From the NCBI GenBank assembly GCA_028534125.1, contig CM052816.1, positions 84,942,001 to 85,006,000 on the forward strand: DNA of 64,000 bases, read 5' to 3'. Each line of letters begins with the position of its first letter. Positions within the stretch are counted from its first letter, which is position 1. The notes under the pieces were generated by a model. It worked only from the letters and a program-made list of their open reading frames with translations, had not been told where the DNA came from and made no database searches. Source of the DNA: Lama glama (Eukaryota). Below are positions 26,122 through 38,895 of the stretch, in pieces. A program made the position numbers and the translations under genes.

Positions 26122-26218
26122 TGTTCTTCTATGCAAAAAAACAGTAGAGAATTTATAAATTAGTTCATTGTGTTCTTCTATGCAAAAAAACAGTAGAGAA
26201 TTTATAAATTAGTTCATT
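26122..26218. repeat. Perfect 48-bp tandem duplication (period 49)
   Basis: tgttcttctatgcaaaaaaacagtagagaatttataaattagttcatt at 26122-26169 and 26171-26218. Confidence 0.97.
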
Positions 26219-26675
26219 CAATGTTAAACTTACTGCATGGTTCAATAGATTGGTGAATTTCATATTTATGTTGGACTTAATTAACTTATGTTCAATCTTT
26301 AGTAGGTGAGAGTATAGATATATCTCATTTTTAATGCATAGTTTTTAAAAATGTCTCCAACATAACTCAGCATTCAATGTCCACTCTTGGGAAGTTAGTG
26401 AAGATAATTCTAATAAAATTTTTGTATTCTTTCTACCAACTAGTAGGAAGTGAGAAAAGTTTGTTGGCCAATATGACAATAGCCCTGGAGAGGACTTTAG
26501 TGTAGTTATAGAGGCCTATACTTACAACTTACAACTTAAGGATGAGTTTGAGTTTGAATTTTATATTGTAGCCTATAGAGTTATATTTCATATTTTAAGC
26601 AGACTTTAAAACCAGATCAATAAAAAATTTAGCTAAACAGATATGACATATGGGAATAGATGAGATCAATAGCGC

Positions 26676-26780
26676 ATATATATATATATATATATACACA
26701 CATGCATAACACATATGTAATATATACACATATACATACAACCTATGCATATAATGCACATATGTATATATGCATATATG
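26676..26780. repeat. (TA)n/(CA)n compound microsatellite
   Basis: atatatatatatatatatatacacacatgcata... Confidence 0.85.
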
Positions 26781-27242
26781 TGAGTAATGTTTTACATGTA
26801 TTCTCTTGAGTCATTAAGAAAATATTAAATTGGTGCTCAGTTTCTCTTGGGATAATAATGTAGCTTTAGAATTTTAGTATTTTGAAACACACATGCATTG
26901 GGGAAGAATGAGTTATTATATACTTACAGTTGACTAAATGCATTGGCCATAGTTGAATAAAGTTTTTCAATGCCACAGCCCCATAATAAAAAGAGTCTTA
27001 AAAGTAAACAAATGGCACTATACTGTCTGCTTCTTTATCAATACAGTGCATCCAGTCATTGGCCTAAGTCATCCTGAATGTGTATAGGATAGTTACTCTT
27101 TATATCCAAATGAATGTAATGCCTCTTACACCACAAACACAGAAGTGTGTTACATTTAATTTAAGCCTGAATCATGGAATCCCACAATTTTCTCTCTGTC
27201 CCTTTTTTGTTGTTATTTTTATTTGTTTGTTTTTGTTAATAG

Positions 27243-27730
27243 TTTTAGTTGTGCTGTTTGCTGCATTGAAGAGGCAAAGAAAAAAGGAACCTCTGATAAT
27301 TTCAAAAGATGATGTTCGGGACAACATCGTGACCTACAATGATGAAGGCGGTGGGGAAGAAGATACCCACGCGTTTGACATTGGCACATTAAGGAATCCA
27401 GAAGCTAGAGAAGACAGTAAACTTAGGAGGGACGTAATGCCTGAAACAATTTTTCAGATCAGGAGGACTGTGCCTCTGTGGGAAAACATTGATGTACAAG
27501 ATTTTATTCATCGGAGATTAAAAGAAAATGACTCCGACCCAAGTGCACCTCCTTATGATTCACTGGCAACATATGCCTATGAAGGGAATGATTCCATAGC
27601 AGATTCACTCAGTTCTTTGGAATCTCTCACAGCAGACTGCAATCAAGATTACGATTACCTTAGCGACTGGGGGCCTCGTTTTAAAAAACTTGCTGATATG
27701 TATGGGGGTGACGATAGTGACCGAGATTAA
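27243..27730 (+). CDS. CDH9: Cadherin-9 terminal coding exon (exon 12): transmembrane end, p120- and beta-catenin-binding cytoplasmic domain
   Basis: Long T-rich tract, then taatag|[51 protein letters not shown]...[13 protein letters not shown]...SLSSL...[30 protein letters not shown] at 27728-27730. The tail ([31 protein letters not shown]) matches CDH9 as I recall it, not CDH6 or CDH10. Confidence 0.97.
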
Positions 27731-28271
27731 GAGTATGGTATGACTTCATAGATGTCAGTGGAAGTACTCTCTTTGTTACTAGATGGAGTGGATTCTCTTC
27801 CTTGGAGGAAATTTTTTTAAAAACCAAAATTACAAACAATACGTAGGTGTTGTCTTAGTAAGGGTTTGCTTAATCAGTAAGTTTCTGTGAATGAATATGA
27901 ATGACATAGATTTTAAAAAGTAATAATAACCAGTTCACCCTCTTTGCCTAACAATCTCTGAAGGAAAGTGTATCACATCAATAATCAATAAGAATCCATA
28001 AAAGGCTTTTTGTGCCTTTTCTTAGATATAAGAACTTTATAAATAATGTTTTCTTAACTGACTTATAGTCACCTTTACTATTTAATGAAACATTGTGCAA
28101 GCGCTTTGTAAATTAATATGAAAAAATATATCCCTAAAGAAATAGGAATGACTATTACTGCCATATTTATTTAGTTGAAGAATGTCTTTGTGTTAATTCA
28201 TTCATATTTTTATAAATGTATATTTATATTTTTGTATTTTTATGAAATAAAATAGTATTTATAAAAATAAA
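27731..28271 (+). other. CDH9: CDH9 3'UTR (3' end approximate)
   Basis: AU-rich sequence with no recognised repeat between the stop codon and two AATAAA hexamers. Confidence 0.7.
28246..28271 (+). terminator. Polyadenylation signals of CDH9
   Basis: AATAAA at 28246-28251 and 28266-28271, with upstream TGTA/U-rich elements and a U-rich downstream stretch. Confidence 0.65.
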
Positions 28272-30619
28272 TTTCATTTTATTTAATTCCTAGAAGCAGC
28301 TCTGATCTCACTTGTAACATTTTTTAAACATCTTTAAAAGTAAAACATGATTTACTCAGGGAAAAGGCAGCTAAATTACAGCATGTAATTTGGAGCTAGA
28401 AGGCGACAGGACTATAAAGGAGCTTTAGAGCAAATTGTGATTTTCTGCTACAACTACTCAAATATGGGCAAATGTTTATCAAACCACTGATGTCTACCCA
28501 TTGATAAGGATGTGAGACACATCTGGAATATAAACTATTATAAATTTACTTGTGAATAATTAACTATAAGTTTTTTGTACAATTCTTTCCTATGGTACCA
28601 AGCAGTGATTTTTATTTGAGAGTAAATGAAGTATGTGTTGGTAATGTTATGTAGATGAAGAAAAAATCTAAATCACTCTTTCTTCATCAACAGTATAGTT
28701 TTCAGGATGAGAAATAATAGTTCTGATTTTTTTTTCTTTATGAATAGATAATTCTTGGAATATAATTTGGGTAACATTTAAAATGTGTATCAATAACTTT
28801 AAAATTAATAATTTTGTTGCGGAGGTTGGAAGTCATTGTATTTGAGCAAATCTTGATAGAATTAGTGACATGCAGACTAGCGCTAAGAAACTTTAAGAAA
28901 TGAAAAGTTTTATTAGTGATTAGGATTGCCCAGAAAAGAAAATATAGACACCTTAAAACTTGGGAAAGAAGAGAGAAGGAGAATTTTGCATAATAATCAT
29001 TAGCAAATCTTTGAAAGACTGCAATGCAGCAAACTTGCCCTGGTTTGGTCTGGAGAATAAATTTAAATTGAAAGATGGGTCCTTCAGAGGGAGACTACAT
29101 GCATGATATCCATTTTCTGTGTCATGAATTATCCTTTTCTTTCTCATGTATTACTCCTTTTTTGAGGAGCACATGTCATGCCCGTGGTGATTCCTCTTAA
29201 AGACTAAGATTATTTCAGTAACTTTACCACCAATAGGGAACACATATTAAAGATTTGATTTAATGCTGAGAAAGCAAAAACATACTGAGTACTTAAGAAA
29301 TATTTGAAATTTTTCTAATCATTGGACTTGCCCAGAAAACAGAAATTTTTGTTTTAGTTTTAGTTCAGAAAGTATTAGCTTTTAACTCAAAAAGTAATTA
29401 GTTTCCCCACTGCTAGAATATTCCAACATACATTAGACAAATATTTGAGAAGGATGGTATAGAGTGGTTTAAGGTAGTCAGAAAAAATGAATTAGGTATT
29501 TATTAATGCCTGTTATAATCACTTTATTCTGTAATCACTAGAGGGATAAGTAACAATAAGTAAACATAGTCTAAGGAGGCTCACAATAAGTAATGGCTGC
29601 TTAAAAAAGAAACGATGTCAAATCAGAAATGGGAAATTGGTAGTTATGTTGCCTGCCTAGGTTTACCATGCTGCCAATACTTTACTAAGAGCACCACAAC
29701 CAACCAACCTTCAGTTGTAGATCTATAATTGCTATGAAAAAATCACATCAATAACAGATAAGACATTAAATTTTAAAGCTCAATTGTGAAGAATTGTTAA
29801 TTTGACTACCACTTTTCGGCAATTAAATAATGAAGCTAGTTTCAGAGGTCTCCCTTTTGTTGACCTGGAAATCACTGATACACTACTGGAGTCTTTATAA
29901 GGACAGGCTACCAGATTTCATATTTAATAGGTACATACTTGTTTTTGCTAAAATCAAGGGTCAGAATTGATCAAAGAAATTATTAGATCTGTATCATAGT
30001 AATACTTCCTATAATTTTCCAGTGACCTTTGAAATTCTTACAGTAGAAAAAATGCATTTAGGAGGCAGAACAAATTTTACTTCCTACTGGCAAGTAAAGA
30101 AATTATTTAACTTACCTAGAAAAATAGATTTGATAATATTTATCCTATTGGGTTTGGTTAATTTTATTTCACTAGATGCACACAATACACTTGATGATAT
30201 TAGTTTCCATCACTTGACTCTTTTGGACTGTGGAGTTGGTAAAATTTGAAAATTACTAGTTAACATGTGCTTAGTTTTCAAACAAAATTAATTAGCTTTG
30301 GCTGCTTAAACTTGAGGTGGATTTTAATTAAAACCATTTGAGTAACCATCTTTACAAATATAATTAAAACCTAATTACTGTTTTATTTTGAATGTTCAAT
30401 AATTTTCAGAAAAAAATATGTGTCTATATTTAATCCTGAATATTTTTCATTGAGAGGAACCTACCAACATTATTTGGACTTTAACACACAGCCTGGATAT
30501 CATCACATTCCATCCTACTCTCAGACATAAGAAATAGATTCCAATGACTTAAAAAATCAAACAGTAAAGACAACTAAACAGCATTAACAACAAAAGTAAG
30601 CCAACAAGTACGAAAAAAA

Positions 30620-32390
30620 AAGTAACAGCATCTTACCTTGGCCAGTGACTGAACTGATCTCAGTCGATTATTCTTTTCACCATGGCAAAAACACAATTGC
30701 TTTCCAGGATTCTACATTATTTTGGTTTTTGTTTTACTTAACTCAGTGTCCTTTATTGGTTCCTTCTTTTCTTTCTAACTCTTTATTTTGGAGTGATACA
30801 GGCTCTAATCTTTTTTTTTTTTCCCTCTAAATTCTGGCCCTTGATAAGCTTATTTATTCCCTCAGTTACTATATACATTCGATACGTATAACTTGATACA
30901 GCAATAATTACAGATACAAATTGAAAATTTCCAAATTCAGAACTCCCATCTTTACCTCTTTCCTATAATCCAAACATATATACAACTAACTATTCTAAAA
31001 TGTCACTTGCATGTCTAATTAAGTGGGATATACCCAGATTTTAATTTCTAATTTTCACCCCTAAATGTGTTCTATTCTCCACTTGTCTTGTGTAGGCTGA
31101 TGATAAATCAATCCTTCTACCTGCCTGGGCCAAAACCCTTGCAGTCACCCTTGATTCCTCTCATTGTGTTATCCTTCATACCCAATATTTTAGAAAATCC
31201 TACTGACTATACCTTCAAATTTATCTGATATACGATGACTTTTCATCACATCTCCTGCCACAGTCCTGGTCTAAATGTCTTACCTGGATTACAGCAACAT
31301 GCTCCTAAATGTTCTCTCTCCCGAACCTTTTCTCCTACCATCTTACTTTGAATACCAGATACAGAGAAGGTGGCATTTCTTTTCCTGTTTTGTTTTGTTT
31401 TAACTAGATATGAGCATCCCATTTCTCTGTTCAAAACTTACCAATTGCTCTCCAAAGCAAGAGTTAGTCCTCCCAAATTATCTACCAGATCAGGATCATG
31501 TTATCTCTTTGAACTTATTCTCCCCTATCTCCTTAATTTGTGTCACTTTAGTTATCCTGGGCTTCTTGTTGTTCCTTAAAAATGCTAAACATTTCTCCTT
31601 TGAACCGACTGATCAGTCTACTTGGAACCATCTTTCCCCTGATATCCATGAAGTTAACTGTAATACTTCCTTTAACTTCTGGGTCAGATGCCACTTTCTA
31701 GATGAGGACTCATATTAAGCAATCTATTGAAATCTGCAATCCCCCAAACCCATTTCTCCTTTACCCACTTTTTAAAAAAATAAACATTTTCCACAGAAAA
31801 TAGCACCATTCAACATTACACATAATTTGTTTGTCATCTAGTTGTTGTGTACCCACTTCTACTAGAATACTTTTTGATTTATAAACTGGCCCCTGAACAC
31901 AGGACAAGGAGAGACTGAAGAAAGAGGCCAGCCACTCCAGATTGGTAGGTGGCAGTTTTAATAACCAACAGAACTTACTAAGAGACCTGCCTTTGCAGCC
32001 ATAAGACAAGTAGATCCCTGCACCCTCCTGCCAGAATCTTAAAACGTTTCTATAGAAGCCTTACTTGTGTTCCATCACATATTCAATCCAGATGGTCTCA
32101 ACATACCTTACACTCTCAAGGCTGTGTCCTTGAAACAGCTCCTGGTGTAGGAATAGCGGGAAGAATACGTGTTCCAAGGATGGAGAGGGAGTGAGGAATC
32201 TCCAACTGCCCAGGTCCAGCTTGCAGGTCAACCAACAGTCACGTCCTCTTGATGACTTCCTCCAACAACGATTGGTACCTTTGAGTAACAATTTTCATCT
32301 ATTACATTCATTAGAATATTCCACATATGTAGATTACTGCTCCATACCGTGTTGAAAAGCAGCAAATATTTGCCAAATGTTAAGTGATAT
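30620..32390 (+). mobile_element. L2 LINE remnant interrupted by an LTR
   Basis: gccaaaacccttgcagtcacccttgattcctctc, taccttcaaatttatct, tcttacctggattacagcaac, actagaat and a terminal aaatatttgccaaatg. Confidence 0.7.
31875..32267 (-). mobile_element. ERV-type solo LTR inserted in the L2
   Basis: Abrupt GC-richer block bounded by tg...ctccaaca. The minus strand reads TGTTGGAG..., then a TATA-like element, ATTAAA and ...CA. Confidence 0.65.
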
Positions 32391-33872
32391 GCTCAATATT
32401 TAGACATAATACTAAATTCGGTAAAATATTGTGAATACATAGGATATTAAAATAACAAATATAAACAGAAATAATTATACTCAAATTTATATCAGTGTGC
32501 ATGCCTTCAACATGATATTGATTATAGCCTAGACTTCTAAATCAAAGTACTTTTTACTGAATTCTGGTTGTTCATAATTAAGTCACTACTTGAAAGCACA
32601 TTTTCAAAATTACAGAAAAGCATGAATAATTTTCCATTTTTTTAAAGCCGTACACTGAACTAAATTTGTTCTCAATGATCTTTGCTTCTAAAAGTATATG
32701 GTAATCAGATTTTACTAGATTTCAGACCATCAATTCCAAATGTCAGAATCAAAATAGAAGCCAATACAAAGAAGTAAGAAAATAAATATCTTTCTCTTCT
32801 GTTGTTTTAATTATTTTTACAATCTCTTAATCACTGGACTGTTCTCAGCCTACTATTTTCTTGTCCTTGGGTAGCAGGTTGTGGGTGAAGGCAAGATGAC
32901 CAACTCTAACAGACTGTTTTCTTACTTAAGTGTTTAATTGCTTTCCAAATTTCAGTAATAATGTATGCCTATTTTTGAAGAATAAATATTGTTTGATGAT
33001 AATTTATATGAAATAGAAATACTAGTATTTAAGTCTATATGTTCAAAATAGCAATGCACCATTATCTGGTTTGTAGTCTTTGCTGCTGTTTGGTAGAATA
33101 CTGTTAGCTAATTTAGTGTCAAAAACAATAATAAAAATCACCATATAATTGCCAGCATTTAAAAGTAGACACATTTTACTTATAAATTATTTCCTCTGGA
33201 TTTTTTTGAAGACTCAACTAGTGAAATTAAGCATTTTTTTTCTCATATATTAACATGTCACTCAGTTTATTTCAAAAATTGCCAGTTTTTGTCTGGAAGT
33301 TTTCTTTTAGCTATTTTTATTTTCTTATTGTGTCCAAACACATAATCATATAATTTTGATAGCAGTATCTTTTCACTAATATATTTTATAAATATGTTTC
33401 ACAAATATGTGACTTGTGTTTTCAGATTTATTTAATGTAATCAAAATGATATATACTATAGTTTATGGTTTCCCTGCTATTATTTTTGCTTGATTTTCTG
33501 TATGTCCTTATTGCTAGTTCAGCTTCAAATTATGTGTCAATATTCTAAATTTTCTCTCTAGAGGTTCAGAAACATAAAAAAGTAGAAAATAAATTTTATC
33601 TTCTTGAAGAAATCTTTCCTTCAGTCACTAAACCTCTCCATTAGGACAGATCAATTGCCCTGTATGGCAGTTGCATCTGGGTACCTCCTCCCACCATCAA
33701 ACTGGGCCTTCCTGGATCTCTTCTTCAGAGTTGAAATCCTGATTCCCATTTTCCATGTCAGTTTGCTTTGCTTGTTTCTTCTCTCCATCACATTTAAAAT
33801 AATATGTTCTATATATCTGTCTAGTGATGGCATTGCTTATTTATGTCAAATATTATATTTCCATTATATTTT

Positions 33873-36744
33873 TTCTTCCAGTTCAGTTGAGGTATACTCG
33901 ACATACAGCACTGTATAAGTTTAAAGTATACAGAATAATGATTTGACTTACACACATCATGAAATTATTAACAATAATTTTAGTGAATACCATCATCACA
34001 TATGGATACAAAATTAAAGAAATTTTTAAAAAATCTTTCCTTGTGATGAGAACTCAAGATTTACTCTTTTAACAACTTTCATGTATAAAGTACAAGTGTT
34101 AAATATATTTACCATATTTTACATTATATCACTAGGACTTATTTATCTTTTAACTGGAAGTTTGTACCTCTTGACTGCCTTCATCCAACTTCTCTCCCCA
34201 CCTCCTGCCTCCAGTAACCACAATGTAATCTCTTTTTCTATGAGTTTGTTTTTAAAATATAATTGACCTGTGACACTATGTTAGTTCCTGTTATATAATA
34301 TAGTGATTTAATATTTCTCTACATTTCAAAGTGATGACCTTGATAAATCCAGTTATCATCTGTCACCATACAAAGATACTACATAATTACTGACTATATT
34401 TTCCCCACACTGTACATTTCATAAACATGACTTATTTAGATTGCAATTGAAAGTTTGTATTTCTTAATCTCCTCACTTATCTCTCTCCTCTGCTCACCCC
34501 TTTCCCCTCTGGCAACCACCTATTTGTTAGCTCTTATCTGTGGCTCTGTTTTTGTTTGATTATGTTTGTTCACTTGTTTCGCTTTTTAGATTCCATATAA
34601 AAGTGAATTCATACAATATTTGCGTTTCTCTGTCTGACATTTCACTTAGCATAATACCCTCTTGGTCCACCCATTTGTCACAAATGGCAAGACTTCATTC
34701 TTTCTTATAGCTGAGTAGTATTCCATTGTACATATAAATACCACATCTTTATCTATTCATCTACTGATGGGGGCAATTACATTGCTTCTATATATTGGCT
34801 ATTGTAAATAATTCTGCAATTAATATAGGGGTTCACGTGTCTTTTCTATTAGTATTTTCTTCCAATAAGTATCCATGAGTGGAACTGCTGGATCATTTGG
34901 TAGTTCTATTTTTGTTTTTGAAGAATCTCTATACTGTTTTCCACAGTGGCTGCACCAGTTTACATTCCCACCAACAGTGTATGAGCATACCCTTTTCTCC
35001 ACAACGCTGTCAACACTTGTTATTTGTTTTCTTTTTAATAATAGCTATTCTGACAGATAATACTTCATTGTGGTTTTAACATGCATTTCCCTGATAATTA
35101 GGGGTGTTGAGAATCTTTCTACGTACCTGTTGGTCATCTGTATGTCTTTTTGGAAAAATGACTGTTCAAGTCATCTGTCCATTTTTAATTAGCTTTATTT
35201 TTGATATTGAGTTGTACAATTCTTTGTATATTTTGGATACTAACTTCTAAGTGGATATAGCATTTGCAAATATCTTCTCCCATTCAATAGGCAGTCTTTT
35301 TGCTCTGTTGATAATTTCCTTACTTACGCAAAATCTTTTCAGTTTGAAGGAGTCCCATTGTTTTGGGTTTTTTTCCCCCTTGTCTGAGGAGACATATCCA
35401 AAAGTATACTGTTAAAACCAGTGTCAAAGAGTATATTGCCAACATTTTTTCAAGAAGTTTTATGTTTTTAGGTCTTTCATTTAAAGACTTTAGTCTGATT
35501 TGAGTTTGTTTTTGCATATGGTGTGAGAAAGTAGTCCAGTTTGATTCTCCTGCATATAGTTGTCCAGTTTTCCCAATATCACTTACTGAAGAGGCTGTAT
35601 TCCCCATTGTATATTCCTTTCCTTCTTTGTCACAGATTAATTGCCCATGTAAGTGTGTGTTCCTTTCTGGGCTCTCTATTCAGTTCCATTGTATATGTTT
35701 CTGTTTTTGTGCCAGTACTATACTCTTTCGATTACTGTAGCTTTGTAGTATAATTTAAAACCAGGGAGCATAATATCTCCAGTTGTATTCTTCTTTCTTA
35801 AGATTGTTTTGATTGTTTGATGTCTTCTGCATTTCCACACAAATTTTAGAATTATTTGTTCCAATTCTGTGAAAAATGTCATTGGCATTTTGATAGGACT
35901 TACACTGAAACTATAAATTTCCTTGGGTAATATAACCAATTAAGCATATCAATTTTTCAAATTCATGAGCACAGTATATCTTATCGTTTGTTTATGTCTT
36001 CTTCAATGTCTTTCATCAATGTCTTTTAATTTTCTAAGTACAGTCTTTTACCTCCTTAGTTAGATTTATCCTCAGGTACTTTATTCTTTTTGATTTAATT
36101 TTTTAATGGGATTGTTTTCTTAATTCCTCTTTCTGATTGCTAGTTGTTAGTATATAGAAATGCAACAAAATTATGCATATTAATTTTGTATCCTGCAAAT
36201 TTACTGAATTCATCAGTGAATTTTAGTGTTTTTTTGGTGGTATATTTAGGATTTTCTATGTATAGTAACAGGTCATCTGCAAATAGTGACAGCTTTACTT
36301 CTTCCTCTCCAATTTGGATGCCTTTTATTTCTTTTTATTGTTGTTTGCTTTGGCTAGGACTTCCAATACTATGTTGAATAAAAGTGGTGAGAGGGTATTC
36401 TCATCTTATCCTTGACTTTAGCAGAATTACTTTCAGCTTTCACTACAGAGTATGAGGTTCACTGTGGGCATGTCATATATGGCCTTTACTATGTTGAGGT
36501 TCTCTCTATACGCACTTTGAGGAGACTTTTTATCATAAATGGATAGTGAATGTTGTCAAAAGCCATCTGCATCTGTTAAGAGATGATATGATTTTTATTC
36601 TTCATTTTATTAAGGTGGTATATCACACTGATTGATTTGCAAATATTAAATCATCCTTGCATCCCTGGGATAAATCTCAGTTGATGGTGGTGAATGATCC
36701 TTTTAATGTATTGTTGAATTCAATTTGTTAATGTTTTGTTGAGG
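33873..36744 (-). mobile_element. 5'-truncated artiodactyl-type L1 (ORF2 C-terminal part and 3'UTR), degenerate
   Basis: Minus ORF 35718..35939 ([33 protein letters not shown]...[13 protein letters not shown]) is L1 ORF2p; 34820..35002 and 35320..35607 are out-of-frame ORF2 pieces. TSD 33856-33872 and 36745-36761 (14/17 identical) with a TT|AAAA endonuclease site. Confidence 0.95.
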
Positions 36745-38069
36745 TAGTTCTACTATATTTTAAAGAAAAAAACTCCTTGGCAATCAGTCAGTATTTTTGA
36801 TCTAGCTATATTTGAAACTTTTAAGTTTCACTAATATGAAGGAAGTATTTTAACTCCTTGGTCACCAGAAGTTTTTTTTTATGGACACTTACACATCTGT
36901 TTCATTGATTAACATGACCTACCTATTCCTCATGGGCATTAGACATTTTAGTTCGGAACTCCTATTATATAACACTGACCAGAATTCTAAAAAATTTATG
37001 AATGCTCTTATTACTAAACTTATTTCTTTGACTTTTAATTATTATCAATTTAGTACATAATAATTACTTATACTACTAAGCAATAATGTAATATATATGG
37101 ATTATAATAAAATATATTTTCAAGTGTATTTTGAGATGAATATAAATATTCAGATGGTTTTTTCTTTGTGTTTTCATTATATCTATTCCATACAACTTTT
37201 TAATGTGCAGTATCCTACAAAATTCATTTAATACCTTTCATATACTTGGAAATTCAGTATGCTAGTATACTGCATTTACTTAATAATCAACTACAACATG
37301 ATCTAGAACAGTATTTGTATGACAGCAATTGAAACCAAATTAAGTATGCATTGCTATATATATATTTGAATTAATATTGTAAGTATCAGAATATGTCACA
37401 TTTATAACAACTCTCTAATAGGAACTTTTTAAGAATAACTCAGTTGTGTGATATGTTACGTTTGAAATTTATTTTCCATAGGAAATGTATTGGTGCCTTT
37501 TTCTATTAATTATACAATTAGTATACTAAAAAAGTAATGATTTTAATAAGAAGTATTATTTCAAATTATAATTCACTTTTTTTAGGATGCTACATCAACA
37601 AAAAATTCTTTAGAAAGAACTGATATAATTTGCAATTGATTTACTAGTTTTGCAAATTCTTACTAAATGCCAGCATTATGTGAAACTAGTGTAACAATTT
37701 TTTAAAAAGTACAATGCAGAACCCATTCCTTTCAAGATATCAGAACTCAGTTCAATAGACAAAACATAGAACAAGTAACTAGAACAAAGTGGTATGTTTT
37801 TAGAGCTTAGAAATTATATGAAGATCAACAAAGGCTAAGGTAACATTTTTTGACTTTATATGCATTTCACAATTATATCTTTTAAAAATAGGTGCATCAC
37901 AATGACTATATCTGGTAAAAATGACTCAAGACCTCTTTGAATAAAATGTGGTAAGAAACTTTCTACTTAATTAACTCAGTTTTAATATTTTAATTTTGAT
38001 ATTAAAATTTAAGGTCACAATATAATGAGGATATTGACACCACTTTTTGATGTATGATTACTCATAGTT

Positions 38070-38412
38070 TCAAAGCCTCACCCCTTAGCCCCCACATCTA
38101 AACAAGCTGATAAGAAAGCCTGTAGGTTTCTTCCTTTGCTACAGGCAAGAAATTCAAATGACATAAATCTTGCCCACAGGAGCAGGCAGCCCCACCCCTT
38201 AACCACAATGAAAACCCAAGTCAATTTTTCCCTCTCTAGCAATTTTGGACTTGCTTGAAAGAACTGCCCTTCCCTCCTCAGAGATCTCAATTATGTAAGC
38301 AATAAAGCTTTTCATACTCGCACTGGTTCGTGTTTCTGGCATCATCAGTCTTTATATCCAAACCAAACTCTGGGTAGAAGTCCATCTCCCTGTGCAGATG
38401 GCAATTGCACAC
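38070..38412 (+). mobile_element. Old ERV1-type LTR (MER67/MER89/MER110-like; family uncertain)
   Basis: ccccaccccttaaccacaatgaaaaccca...caataaagcttttcatac...catcatcagtct...ccaaaccaaactctgggt...ca. Confidence 0.6.
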
Positions 38413-38694
38413 AAATATTAGCTGTTTTTGATATCTGAATAATATACGTGGAGCCTTTATAAACATTTTAAAATATTTTTATTGTCCCTATCTTCATAGT
38501 ACTTTAGAGATACTATCTCCTAGTTATTTTCTTAATCATGAAATTTCTATTTTCATTTTATTCACCTATCAAATGCAACACTTTAGTATAGATTATACTT
38601 GTGATTTTAACTGTAGTATGATATGCATTTGGTTTCGAAAGACCAATCTTCGGCTGGTAAGTGGAGGAAAGAATAACTTTACGTTAAGATGCAT

Positions 38695-38895
38695 TGAATG
38701 CTTATAGGCACCAGGCATTGTATTCATCATTTTATAAGGATTATTCACTTAAGTCTCCAAAGTATTTTATTTAGGTATTATCCTTTTCTTTATTCTATGT
38801 AATAGGGAACTGAAACCTGTTAAAGGTTACAAGTTGGTAAAATGTGAACCAAAGTTTTAAATTCAGGCCCCCTGACTTGGTAGGCTCTCCTTTTA
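38695..38895 (-). mobile_element. MIR SINE
   Basis: cattgaatgcttataggcaccaggcattg...taggtattatcc...gggaactgaaac. Confidence 0.6.

Noticed and set aside
27080..27242. N-terminal extension of the 216-aa ORF
   Set aside because: This is intronic sequence and the polypyrimidine tract, open by chance. The real exon starts at 27243.
34820..36377. ORFs within the L1 as functional or domesticated genes
   Set aside because: Fragmented, frameshifted ORF2 remnants and their antisense shadows.
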